Of a DNA stretch of 45,382 nt, positions 1-13,923 are shown one piece after another. How positions within the stretch are numbered: position 1 is the stretch's first letter; each line of letters starts with the position of its first letter. Origin of the DNA: an uncultured delta proteobacterium (GTDB lineage Bacteria; Desulfobacterota; Desulfuromonadia; Desulfuromonadales; BM103); NCBI GenBank assembly GCA_963715335.1, contig CAVQRZ010000007.1, positions 1 through 45,382 of the forward strand, read 5' to 3'. The notes below the pieces were generated by a model. That model searched no databases, had not been told where the DNA came from, and worked only from the letters and a program-made list of their open reading frames with translations. A program made the translations under genes and the position numbers.

Positions 1-103
1 TGTTGCCATAGGATTAATTTTTTTCAAAACAGCCCTGGCGGCCTGTGGCCGAAGCGACGTTGGGGAGAGACATCCCCACAGGTTCGCGGCAAGCCCCCTT
101 ACG

Positions 104-2269
104 TCAATAGGATATTTTGGTAAACGGCGAATTAATTGAAGCGCGCAGAGCGTCATCCAGGGTCATGATGCCCTGGGCTTCGAGCAGGGGGATCAGCTTC
201 AGGAGAATTTCCGCAGTGACCAGGGCATCCCCAAGCGCCGTGTGGCGTCCGACAATCGTGATGTTGAAACGTTCGGCAATGGCGTCAAGCGAGTGCCCCT
301 CCAGGTTCGGATGCACGACAGATGACAACAGCAACGTATCGAGGACCGGGTTATCGAAGTGCAGACCGATAGCGTCTTCTTTCAACTGCAGGAACCGCAT
401 GTCGAACGCAGCGTTGTGGGCCACCAGAACCGAATCTGCAACAAAAGCGTGAAACTTTGGCAGGACTTCGGTGATGACCGGTTGCGACGGCAACAGGTCG
501 GGGTCAATGCCGTGAATTTTCACCGACGACTTCGGTACCGTACGTTGCGGGTTGACCAATTGATCGACGGTTTCATTATGCAGAAGACGACCGTTGAAAA
601 CACGGATGGCGCCAAGCTGAATGATCTCGTCACCTTCAGAGGGGTTCAGGCCGGTTGTTTCGGTATCGAAAGCAACGTAGGTGAGATTGCGCAGTGCGAC
701 CCTCCCCAGAGCCTCCTGGCCGGGTTGATGAAAGAGGTCGAATTCGAAAGAGAGCGGCCGGGGGGCGATCGACGCTTGCAGGTTTACTGTCTCCCTGACG
801 AGGGCGATCGGCAAGGTTATCTCGGCGCCATTGCAGAATGTCTCGTCGGTCTTGCAGATTGTTACGGCCCCGTTGTGCTTGTCTATGATTGCTCCCGGGG
901 AGTCCGTGGTGCCAGAGCTGTCCATGAAAAGCGGCTGCGTTAGCCAATCGCCGATCGACTGGCTTGTTACCTGCCGGTCTGCCCATTGCAACGAGAGGGT
1001 GGCAGAAGAACTGTCCGTCTCTGCTATGTGCAGAGTTATTGAAGTAATGCCGTGCTCGGCTTTGAGCTGGCCGGCCAGGGTCGTGATTGCCTGAAGGATG
1101 GCATAGCTGTCTATCTTTAGCCAGAGATGTCTGCCGGCACTGCCCTTTGCCTGTATGGCAAAGCGCTCGAGGAGGTTATTCACAATCAGGGTCAACAGCG
1201 TGTCGGCCAGAACGTTCTCCCGGTTGCCATAGGCTTGCTGGTGCTCGCTGTAGAGCTGCCTGGCCATAGCCAGGTATTCTTCAAGGTCACTGGTAACCTG
1301 GGCGATCGCCTGCCGATGCCGCTCGCAGTCCTTATCACCGGCGTCCGGCACCTCATGGGTTGGATTGATTCCCCTGTGGAGCTTGCCGAGCGAGTTCTGC
1401 ACGGCATCGATCATTCCCTGCAATCTTTTATCGCGGTCATTGTCGGCATCAATTTCACCGGTAATATCTTCGAGGGTGAGGACGAAGCCGGTGATCTTTC
1501 GAGGTTCCCCACCGTTGCTGGTGACCTGGGCCATATTGATCCGGATGAATCGCTCACCGCATAGCTTGGTCATCAGGCCGAGTGCCGGTTTTGCCTGGCC
1601 CTGTTCAAAGGCGTGATTCATGACTTCCAGGGCGTGTACCAGGGGCGCTCTCTCAAGGGGTCCGAAAACGGATCGTCCGAGACCGATGGCAGCGTCCCTG
1701 TCCTGGCTGTTGTCGGTCTGCAGCATCCTCTGGGCCAGGTTGTTGTAGAGCAGGATCCGGCCCTCCAGATTACAGACCAAGACCCCGTAGGGAAGCTCCG
1801 ACATCAGTGCCGCTAGCCGGTTGCGTTCTTCTTTGAGGGCGAGATTTGACTGGCGGATTTTAATGCCTACCTCGTTCTGTAGTGCCTGGAAGGCATCTGC
1901 GGATTCGTTGATCATGTTGGCCAGGGTGACAAGTTCGCGGGCTCCTTCAGGGGTGATTCGATAGTCGGGGTTGGCCGCGGTGATCAGGCGGGTCTGTTCG
2001 GCCATGCGCAATACCGGGATGATGTAATAGCGGAAGAGCAGGCTGACCATGCTGCAGATGAAGGCGACCAGGATTAGTGAACCGATAAAGGGAAAGGGCA
2101 GTAGCTTGTTGGAGAGGTTTTCGACAAGGGCCTGTTCTTCAAGGGCCAGGTTCAGGAAGGATGCAGTAAAGCTGCCGAATATGACGGTAAAAATGACCGT
2201 AATGATACCGGTCAGAAAGATCCAGTACTTGACGGCTGGTGACAGTCGATCACCGAGACTTTTCTGCAA
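104..2269 (-). CDS. Membrane-anchored sensor-like protein (2 TM, HAMP, PAS, degenerate kinase-like region) fused to a C-terminal DEDDh 3'-5' exonuclease (DnaQ/epsilon-like)
   Basis: 721 aa ORF with TTG start and GGAG upstream. Two N-terminal hydrophobic helices; PAS-like LPYGVLVCNLEGRILLYN; exonuclease motifs FDTETTG, HNAAFD, HTALGDA. Confidence 0.85.
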   Translation of the reverse strand: MQKSLGDRLSPAVKYWIFLTGIITVIFTVIFGSFTASFLNLALEEQALVENLSNKLLPFPFIGSLILVAFICSMVSLLFRYYIIPVLRMAEQTRLITAANPDYRITPEGARELVTLANMINESADAFQALQNEVGIKIRQSNLALKEERNRLAALMSELPYGVLVCNLEGRILLYNNLAQRMLQTDNSQDRDAAIGLGRSVFGPLERAPLVHALEVMNHAFEQGQAKPALGLMTKLCGERFIRINMAQVTSNGGEPRKITGFVLTLEDITGEIDADNDRDKRLQGMIDAVQNSLGKLHRGINPTHEVPDAGDKDCERHRQAIAQVTSDLEEYLAMARQLYSEHQQAYGNRENVLADTLLTLIVNNLLERFAIQAKGSAGRHLWLKIDSYAILQAITTLAGQLKAEHGITSITLHIAETDSSSATLSLQWADRQVTSQSIGDWLTQPLFMDSSGTTDSPGAIIDKHNGAVTICKTDETFCNGAEITLPIALVRETVNLQASIAPRPLSFEFDLFHQPGQEALGRVALRNLTYVAFDTETTGLNPSEGDEIIQLGAIRVFNGRLLHNETVDQLVNPQRTVPKSSVKIHGIDPDLLPSQPVITEVLPKFHAFVADSVLVAHNAAFDMRFLQLKEDAIGLHFDNPVLDTLLLSSVVHPNLEGHSLDAIAERFNITIVGRHTALGDALVTAEILLKLIPLLEAQGIMTLDDALRASINSPFTKISY

Positions 2270-2348
2270 GATCGTTCTCCAGGGCGCCAGATGCGCATGA
2301 GTTTCTTAAGATATTATGCGTTTATTCGGCCAGGTTCAACCGGCGAGG

Positions 2349-3374
2349 TTAATTATGTGCAATTTTGTTCAATGACTCGACGGCTTCCAGGAGAATTTGC
2401 TCCAATTCCTGCGCCTCCTGTTCAGGGCGGTAAGATGAGTCGGGACGGGATAATTGCATCCGCCGCTCTTTTTCGAGGAGCCGGGTTGCCTGGCGGAGGC
2501 AGTCCGCATCATCGTCAAACAGCAGGCCGTTGACAGCATGACGGACCAGGGCGGCATTGCCAGGGTTGTTCCTGGCGAGAATCGGGACGCCCAGGGTTGC
2601 AGCTTCCAGCAGACTGTTGGCAAGGCCCTCGGCATCGGAATTGTTGACGATCACATCGGCTTCACGCATGGCCTCTGCCATGGCTTCTGGCGGAATGACA
2701 CCGAGGTAGCTGGCCCAGGGCCGCGTTTCAATTTCGGCAAGAAATTGCCTGCCGTAGTCTGCATCGAGGATCGGCCCGCAGATGGCAAGATGAAAGGATG
2801 GTTGCCGGGGTTCCAGCAGGTCAAATATTTGCAAAAGCCCGATCACGCCCTTGACGGGGCGAATCCCGGCGGGGAGCAGAAACAGGGTCAGCCGCTGCGA
2901 AATGCCGTGGCTTGCACGCAAAGCGCAGGGTTCATGGCCAAGGGTTATGCCTGGGGAGACCGTCCGCAGCTTGGCTCCAAGTGCCGGTCGCTGCCGCAAC
3001 AACGCGGCGGCGATGATCGGGTTCTGGAGAATGACGCATGCCGCCTGTTCTATCATCGCCTGCATGACGTCGCTCTGTTCCGGGTCATCGAAGCCGTAAT
3101 TGACGTCGGTACCGGTCAGCATGACCACGGTGGGAATCGTTCTGCTGCGGATCTGCTTCAGCCAGGGGCTGCCGGAGCGGTAGGCGTGCAGCAGCAGGGC
3201 GACGTCCGGGGCGAAATCAATCACCTTGTTTCGAAACGATTCGTCCGCATGGAAGCTGATCTCAAGGAGTCTGGTCCGGTGGCCGAACTTTTCGAGGCCC
3301 TGCTGGAACCTTCGCGCGGTAACCCAGTTGCCGCTGGCATGATCCTGTTGCGGGACGACGATCAGGATGCGCAC
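2349..3374 (-). CDS. GT4-family glycosyltransferase, SenB/TIGR04348-like
   Basis: Probable GTG start at 3374 (GGAG RBS, overlaps the upstream stop). Motifs SGNWVTA, LLHAYRS, LTGTD, IRPVKG, EGLANSLLEA. Confidence 0.8.
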   Translation of the reverse strand: MRILIVVPQQDHASGNWVTARRFQQGLEKFGHRTRLLEISFHADESFRNKVIDFAPDVALLLHAYRSGSPWLKQIRSRTIPTVVMLTGTDVNYGFDDPEQSDVMQAMIEQAACVILQNPIIAAALLRQRPALGAKLRTVSPGITLGHEPCALRASHGISQRLTLFLLPAGIRPVKGVIGLLQIFDLLEPRQPSFHLAICGPILDADYGRQFLAEIETRPWASYLGVIPPEAMAEAMREADVIVNNSDAEGLANSLLEAATLGVPILARNNPGNAALVRHAVNGLLFDDDADCLRQATRLLEKERRMQLSRPDSSYRPEQEAQELEQILLEAVESLNKIAHN

Positions 3375-4195
3375 GGCAGGTCTCCGAAGGTACATAGCCG
3401 GATATCAAGGCGCTTGATAACGTCTTTCGCCTCAGCGGAGCAAAGGGCTCGGAGTTCCGTGCGGCGCTGCTCCCCTTCAAAAACGCGGCCCTGCGGGTAA
3501 GGGTAGCCAGGGTGAGTCATCAACTCCCAGCACCCAATCGGCAGCTTTGCGAGGACCTCACAGAGGTTGAGTGTGTCGAGGCTGTGCAGTTGCGGTAAAC
3601 CCCATAGCCCATCGGGTGTCCTGATTCCTGATTCCTCGATAACCTTTCGGGCTTTTTGCCCAAGCGTGTGAAACAGGGCCAGATCTTCGGCCAGTTCCGC
3701 CGGCATTACTGCGTCGGGCGGGTCTGCGGGGCAAGATGAGCGTATGGCGTCAAGGCCGTATTCACGGGCCAATTCGATGACCATTTCAGTCAGGGGAGGG
3801 TAGATCTGGCAATGTTGATGGCCGTCAATATGCGCCGGATTCAGCCCGGTTTCCATGATCTTCGCGATTTGCGCAGAAAGTTCCCGGCGAATGCCGACGA
3901 GGTCACGGTTGCCGCCAAGCAGGTATCGGCGAAGCTGCTGCTTTCCCGGCAGCCTGTGGTCCTGATCGGTCAACCCCATGATCGGTCCGGACAGGGTGAC
4001 CTCGTCGGACAGGTTGAGATGCACTCCGACCGGTAGCCCGACAGCTCTCGCCTGGGCCATTGCGGTTGCGAAGGAAGCCCCGTTGGCAATCATGGTTGCA
4101 CTGGTCACAATCCCGTGCTCGAACGCTTCGATGATGCCGCGGTCACGCTCGGGATTGATGCCAAGATCGTCAGCATTGATAATCAGGGAAATCAT
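3362..4195 (-). CDS. YdjC/ChbG/HpnK-family carbohydrate deacetylase
   Basis: Motifs LIINADDLG, VGVHLNL, HIDGHQH, ELMTHPG. Confidence 0.9.
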   Translation of the reverse strand: MISLIINADDLGINPERDRGIIEAFEHGIVTSATMIANGASFATAMAQARAVGLPVGVHLNLSDEVTLSGPIMGLTDQDHRLPGKQQLRRYLLGGNRDLVGIRRELSAQIAKIMETGLNPAHIDGHQHCQIYPPLTEMVIELAREYGLDAIRSSCPADPPDAVMPAELAEDLALFHTLGQKARKVIEESGIRTPDGLWGLPQLHSLDTLNLCEVLAKLPIGCWELMTHPGYPYPQGRVFEGEQRRTELRALCSAEAKDVIKRLDIRLCTFGDLPCAS

Positions 4196-4271
4196 CAGCG
4201 CATAGTAAAGCAGGACGGCTGAAAGGGCAATTCTCTTGGAGAAGAATGGTTGTCAGGTTAATATCCACGGC

Positions 4272-5520
4272 ATGCAAAGAGCACAGCATAACTCCCGGGA
4301 CCCCGTGGCCGGTCTGCATTACGGCTGGATCATCGTGATGGTCGGGACACTGGTGATTTTTGCCTGCCTCGGCCTGGCACGCTTTGCTTTCGGCATGCTG
4401 TTGCCGTCAATGAGTGCGGGGTTGGGGATCTCATACGAGGAGATGGGTTTTTTGGGGACCGGGAATTTCACCGGCTACCTGGTGGCCGTGGCCATGTCAC
4501 CGTTCCTGCTGCGCCGTTTTACGCCACGCCAGCTGATTGCATCCGGCCTGTTTCTGATTGCTCTCTGCATGTTCGGCATTGCAGCAGGCGACGGCTACGT
4601 GATGATTCTGCTGCTTTACACGGCGGTCGGTCTTGGCAGCGGCTTCGCCAATGTCCCGGTCATGGTCCTGGTCTCCTACTGGTTCCGCAGGGAAAAGCGC
4701 GGTCGTGCGGCTGGGTTGATTGTGGTCGGCAGCGGCTTTGCGATCATTTTTTCCGGATTTGTCATCCCGGTCCTCAACCAGAACTTTGACCAGCATGGCT
4801 GGCGAGTTGGATGGGCGCTGCTGGGGCTGATCGTGGCGCTGGTGGCGGTCGTAGCTGCCGTCCTGGTTCGCAACGATCCGGCGGAGAAAGGATTGTCACC
4901 GGTCGGCCTGATCAGAGAGACCGAATATGATCCGTCGATCGGCAAGGGTCAGTTCAGCCCGCTGGGCATCCTGACTCATCTGGGCGGACTCTATTTTATT
5001 TTCGGTGCAACCTACGTGATCTACGGCACCTTTATCGTCACGACGATGGTCGAAGAATATGCCTATGCCGAGGCCAGTGCGGGAGCCTTCTGGTCATGGG
5101 TTGGTTTCTTCAGTCTCTTCTCTGGTACACTATTCGGCTTGCTTTCAGACAAGATCGGGCGGAAGGGCGGTCTGATGACGGTTTTTACCGTGCAAACCCT
5201 GGCGTACCTGCTGGCGGGTTCCCGGATGGGGACAGTCGGCGCTGTTCGGATCGGTGGTGCTCTACGGTATCGCGGTGTTTGCCATTCCGGCCATCATGGC
5301 CGCAGCGGTCGGTGACTATCTTGGCAAGGCGAGAGCTGCCGCAGCTTTTTCCATCATCACATTCTGTTTCGCCATTGGCCAGACAATCGGTCCGGCGATC
5401 GCAGGCATGATTGCCGAATCAACGGGAACTTTTGCCGGCACTTACCTGGCGGCGGCATTCTTGACAGCGGTTGCGGTAGTCTGGGCAAGGTTTCTGCCGG
5501 AGCCGCATCAGGGCCCCTGA
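4272..5520 (+). CDS. MFS transporter (YbfB/YjiJ-like), split by a +1 frameshift near 5237
   Basis: GLARFAFG and SDKIGRK MFS motifs. ORFs 4236-5315 and 5254-5520 join into a ~12-TM protein if one base is removed in acagtcggcgctg. Confidence 0.8.
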
Positions 5521-5559
5521 TTTCAGTGTCATACTGGGATGGGTTTGCCGATTCAGCAT

Positions 5560-5592
5560 AAAAAAAGGGGCCTTATAACTTCACAAGACCCC
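5560..5592 (-). terminator. Rho-independent terminator on the minus strand
   Basis: Minus strand reads GGGGTCTTGTGAAGTTATAAGGCCCC followed by a T run. Confidence 0.75.
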
Positions 5593-5675
5593 GGAGGCAA
5601 CTTTTTAACCGGCAGGAAATTCGGAGGCTCGCTCGATAACTTTCATCTCTCAACGAACTTCGTGCTCTATTTATG
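5560..5675 (-). ncRNA. Candidate ~115-nt sRNA (or mRNA for the 13-aa peptide MKVIERASEFPAG) downstream of the ColR boxes
   Basis: Bounded by a -10-like TAGAGT (5681-5686) and an intrinsic terminator; contains two GCCTCCG motifs; no long ORF. Confidence 0.4.
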
Positions 5676-5697
5676 GTTGCACTCTAAAGGCTGGGGC

Positions 5698-5735
5698 GTG
5701 AAGGGATTGTGGAATTAATGTGAAAAAAACGTGAA
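5698..5735 (-). promoter_or_regulatory. Array of four OmpR-type direct repeats (ColR box)
   Basis: Minus strand TTCAC-N6-TTCAC-N6-TCCAC-N6-TTCAC with exact 11-bp period. TTCACGTTTTTTTCAC (5720-5735) fits the Pseudomonas ColR consensus as I recall it (YYNASNNYTTTTTSAC). Confidence 0.7.
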
Positions 5736-5738
5736 AAG

Positions 5739-6998
5739 TTATTTTTTGAAAGAAATATTGAAGCAGCAGCCGTTCGGATGATTGTCTTTGACAGAAACCG
5801 TCCACTGCTCCTTCTGGCAGATCCGGTGGACGAGGGAGAGGCCCAGGCCCAAGCCTTGCTGGCTACCCGTTTTGCCGCGATAGAATGGCTTGAAGATTGA
5901 GTCCTTGTCGGTATTTGCAATGCCCGGGCCCGTGTCACAGATTGTGAACCCTGTGGGCCTTGTGACCAGGGTAATCCCTCCCTCGACAGTATGGTAAATC
6001 GCATTGCGCACCAGGTTGTTAATGACAGTGCGCAGCATCGGCACCGGAAACAGCCTGGCCTGCTTACCGTTTGCCCTGGTCTCGTCCCTGACGGTAAAAG
6101 TGATCCCCTTTGCCTCTGCCTGTTGTTGCCATCGTGCCAGATTGTGATTGACGATGTTTGAAAGACTCGCGTTTTCCTGCTCGGTACCCTTGCCCCTGGC
6201 CAGGGTCAGAAATGCGTCGACCAGCTCCTGGATTTCGTTGGCCGCCTGACTGATCGTGTCGATTCGTTGTCGGGAATAGTTGTCAAGCTGGTCCTTGGCA
6301 ATGAGCAGGTCGCAGGAACTTTTGATCACCATCAGCGGCGTGCGCAGTTCATGACTGACATCGCTGGTGAACAGGCTTTCCCGGAGCAAGGATTCCTGCA
6401 GCATGCCGATGGTCCGGTCGAAGGCCTGGGCCAGTCGACCCACTTCATCGTTGGTGTACCCGGTTGAGAGCGGTGGCGCGTCGAGCAGGAGCTGTTCACG
6501 GTTATGCACCTGGTGGGTCAACCGCTGCACGGGCGCGATAATTCTTCTGACCATCATGATGCCGAGGACCATAGAAGCGGCGATGCTCAGGAAAAACCCT
6601 GCAATCACTGTCAGCTGGAGCAGGTTCTCGTGTCGTCGGACAGTGGTCTGCTCCTGCACCAGGTAGAAGGGTCTCTCCTGCTCTTTCTTGATCATGACAT
6701 GGAAGGATATCTCTTCGTCTTCGACCTCGTAAAAACCGGGCTCAAGGTCACGCAGATAATACGGGAGATCTTTCGTGCCGCTGTAGAACTGGGTGCCCAG
6801 GTCAAGGTTGGGCTTTTGTCCCTGCTCGTAATCACCGATGATGTCCGGAAACTTCCTGTTGAGCTCGGCGGTCACCAGGTCCTCCTCGACGATATCGATT
6901 GCAGCCATGATGCCGAAGCTGAAGAGACCGCTGACCACTGCTGTCAGGACCACGAAGGAAAAGATGATTCTTTGGGTCAGGGGAGATTTAAATTCCAT
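5739..6998 (-). CDS. colS: Sensor histidine kinase, ColS-like
   Basis: N-terminus MEFKSPLTQRII resembles ColS. 2 TM, HAMP, H-box SHELRTPL, NLVRNA, DTGPGI, GLGLGL. Confidence 0.8.
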   Translation of the reverse strand: MEFKSPLTQRIIFSFVVLTAVVSGLFSFGIMAAIDIVEEDLVTAELNRKFPDIIGDYEQGQKPNLDLGTQFYSGTKDLPYYLRDLEPGFYEVEDEEISFHVMIKKEQERPFYLVQEQTTVRRHENLLQLTVIAGFFLSIAASMVLGIMMVRRIIAPVQRLTHQVHNREQLLLDAPPLSTGYTNDEVGRLAQAFDRTIGMLQESLLRESLFTSDVSHELRTPLMVIKSSCDLLIAKDQLDNYSRQRIDTISQAANEIQELVDAFLTLARGKGTEQENASLSNIVNHNLARWQQQAEAKGITFTVRDETRANGKQARLFPVPMLRTVINNLVRNAIYHTVEGGITLVTRPTGFTICDTGPGIANTDKDSIFKPFYRGKTGSQQGLGLGLSLVHRICQKEQWTVSVKDNHPNGCCFNISFKK

Positions 6999-7672
6999 CG
7001 TCCGCGGCCTTCAGGCAGTAGCCGATCCCGTGCACCGTGTGCAGCAGAGGGGATTTGAAGGGTTTGTCAATCGTCTGGCGCAGAGTGTGTATGTGGCTGC
7101 GCAGGCTGTCGCTCCCGGGCAGGTGCTCACCCCACAACAGTTCTTCGAGGGCCTCTCTCTTAACCACGTGCGGACTGGCTTTCATCAGTTTTTCCAGCAA
7201 TTTGAGACCGATCGGGCTGAGTTTCAGGAGTACTCCCCTGGCGGCTGACTTCGAGGTTGTTCATGTCGTAGGTCAGATCACCGACGGAGAGCATGTTCTG
7301 CATTCCTGCATGGCCGCGGCGCAGGACGGCTTCGACACGGGCGTGCAGTTCCGGCAGGGAAAAAGGCTTGACCAGATAATCATCGGCCCCGGCCCGGAAC
7401 CCGGTCAGTTTGTCATCGACGCTGTCCCTGGCGGTGAGCATGATGACCGGTGTGCTGACTCTGGCATCCTGACGTAATTTCTTGCACAGGGTGATGCCGT
7501 CCATGCCTGGCAGCATCAAGTCGAGGATGATCAGGTCGAATGGCTGGGTGATCGCAAGGTGCAGGCCGCCCAGGCCATCATAAGCGCAGTCAACCAGGTA
7601 CCCTTGCAGCTCCAGGTAGTCGGCGATGTTCTGCAGAATTTCGGGTTGATCCTCAATGACCAGTATGCGCAT
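6988..7672 (-). CDS. colR: OmpR-family response regulator, ColR-like; +1 frameshift in a G4 run at ~7235-7238
   Basis: Receiver domain (LDLMLP, TARD, KPF) in 7160-7672 and wHTH (SDSLRSHIHTLR..LHTVHGIGY) in 6988-7200. Removing one G gives SRQGVLLKLSPIGLKLLEKL. Confidence 0.8.
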
Positions 7673-7759
7673 TCAGAATCCGTTGTTTGAAAAATGTCTG
7701 AACTGCTATGCTTTTGTCCGATCTTAAACCTGAGAAAACTCAACAGTCAAAACATCTAT

Positions 7760-7856
7760 TTGACGCAAAGACGCCAAGAACGCAAAGTAACATTAAAACA
7801 ATTAAGACATCCTTTGCGACTTTGCGCCTTGAGTGAGCAAAGCGAACGGGCGTTAA
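7760..7856. repeat. REP/MITE-like imperfect inverted repeat built from ACGCAAAG units
   Basis: Left arm acgcaaag-acgccaaga-acgcaaag (7763-7787), AT-rich spacer, right arm ctttgcga-ctttgcgc-ctt (7812-7830), then gagtgagcaaagcgaacgggcgttaa. Confidence 0.6.
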
Positions 7857-7884
7857 TATCCTGTCAGATCATTTGCCGCGTTAC

Positions 7885-9355
7885 TCAGTACAAGAAAGGC
7901 TCCAGGCGTACTGCTGGCAGCAGGCTTTTGCCACCGGTCAGGTATTCGTCGACGCAGCGGGCAACCTCTCTTCCCTCGCTGATCGCCCAGACCACCAGGC
8001 TCTGGCCCCGTCGGCAGTCGCCGGCGGCAAACACCCCCTCGACCGAGCTCATGCGGGATTTCGGGTCGGTTTTGATGTTGGAACGCAGGTCCGTTTCGCA
8101 GTCAATCTGCTTGAGCAGTTTCGATTGCGGGCCCAGATAGCCCATGGCCAGAAGGACCAGATCGCATTTCCATATCTGCCCACTCCCAGGGATCGGCTGC
8201 GGGCGGCCGTTGACCCATTCGACTTTGACGGTCTCGAGGGCGGAGACTTGCCTGTCCCTGCCGATGAAACGCGTAGTCATGATTTCATAAAAGACATCGC
8301 CACCCAGAACCTGCATCTCTTCGACCGAGGTGCTGACCCGCATGATGCGTGACCACTGTGGCCATGGGTTGCCCGCGCCACGTGTTCCCGGGGGCCGCTC
8401 GAGAAGCTCAAAGTTAACGACGCTGGCGGCACCCTGCCGCATCGAAGTGCCGATGCAATCCGAACCGGTATCGCCGCCGCCAATCACAATGACTTTTTTC
8501 CCTTTTGCGCTGATAGGCTGTTTTTTCGGGTGCAGGGCCGCTATGTTACCGTCTCCCCAGTTGGCGCGATTCTGCTGCGGTAAAAACTCCATCGCAAAAT
8601 GAATCCCGTCCAGGTCGCGTCCCTCGATGGGAAGATCGCGCGGCTCCTCGGCGCCCGTGGCGATAACCACCGCATCGAAGCCTGATTTGATCTCGTCAAA
8701 GGCCACATTCTTGCCGACTTCGCAGGAGTAACGGAATTCAATCCCTTCGGCGACAAGCTGGTCGACGCGGCGCTGAACCTTCTCTTTGCGCAGCTTGTAA
8801 TGAGGGATGCCGTACATCAACAGGCCGCCGGCACGGTCGGTTTTCTCAAGCACGGTGACGTGATGGCCAGCGCGGTTGAGCTGCTGGGCACAGGCCAAAC
8901 CGGCAGGACCGCTGCCGATAATGGCAACCCTCTTGTCGCTGCGATGGGGTGGCGGTTGAGGTACAATCCAGCCTTCCTCGAAGCCCTTGTCAATGATCGC
9001 AACTTCATGCAGCTTGATCGTTACCGCGGGCTCGTTGATGCCGAGGACGCATGACGTCTCGCACGGCGCCGGGCAGACCCGGCCGGTAAACTCCGGGAAG
9101 TTATTGGTGGCGTGCAGGGCCTTCAGGGCCTGTTCCCACTGGCTGCGGTAGACCAGGTCGTTCCATTCCGGGATCAGGTTGCCCAACGGGCAGCCGGACA
9201 TGCAGAAAGGTACGCCACAGTCCATGCAGCGAGAGGCCTGGGTCTTGACCTTCTCGTCGCTGGGATAATTATAGTGCTCATCATGATGCTGGAGCCGGGA
9301 GTTAACCGGCTGCAAGGTCTTGTCGCGACGGCCATGCTTTATAAATCCACGTGGA

Positions 9356-9363
<8 letters not shown>
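7885..9363 (-). CDS. gltD: Glutamate synthase small (beta) subunit
   Basis: [52 protein letters not shown]. Confidence 0.95.

Positions 9364-13923
<4,560 letters not shown>

Noticed and set aside
25..100. GC-rich nested inverted repeats (CCTGTGG...CCACAGG) downstream of the exonuclease gene as an ncRNA
   Set aside because: No recognisable family motif or promoter; more simply a 3' UTR/terminator structure at the window edge.
104..2269. dnaQ (replicative proofreading subunit)
   Set aside because: The exonuclease is only the last ~190 aa of a membrane sensor-like protein.
2349..3374. Complete selenoneine (senABC) cluster
   Set aside because: No SenA/EgtB-like or SelD gene is in the window, so no gene symbol was assigned.
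2454..3500. Long antisense/alternate-frame ORFs (this one, 10286-11380, 12189-13484, 28010-28963 and others)
   Set aside because: They overlap well-supported genes, have no recognisable motifs, and are expected shadows of high-GC codon usage.
7760..7856. CRISPR array
   Set aside because: Units are 8-9 bp and inverted, with no repeat-spacer periodicity and no cas genes.
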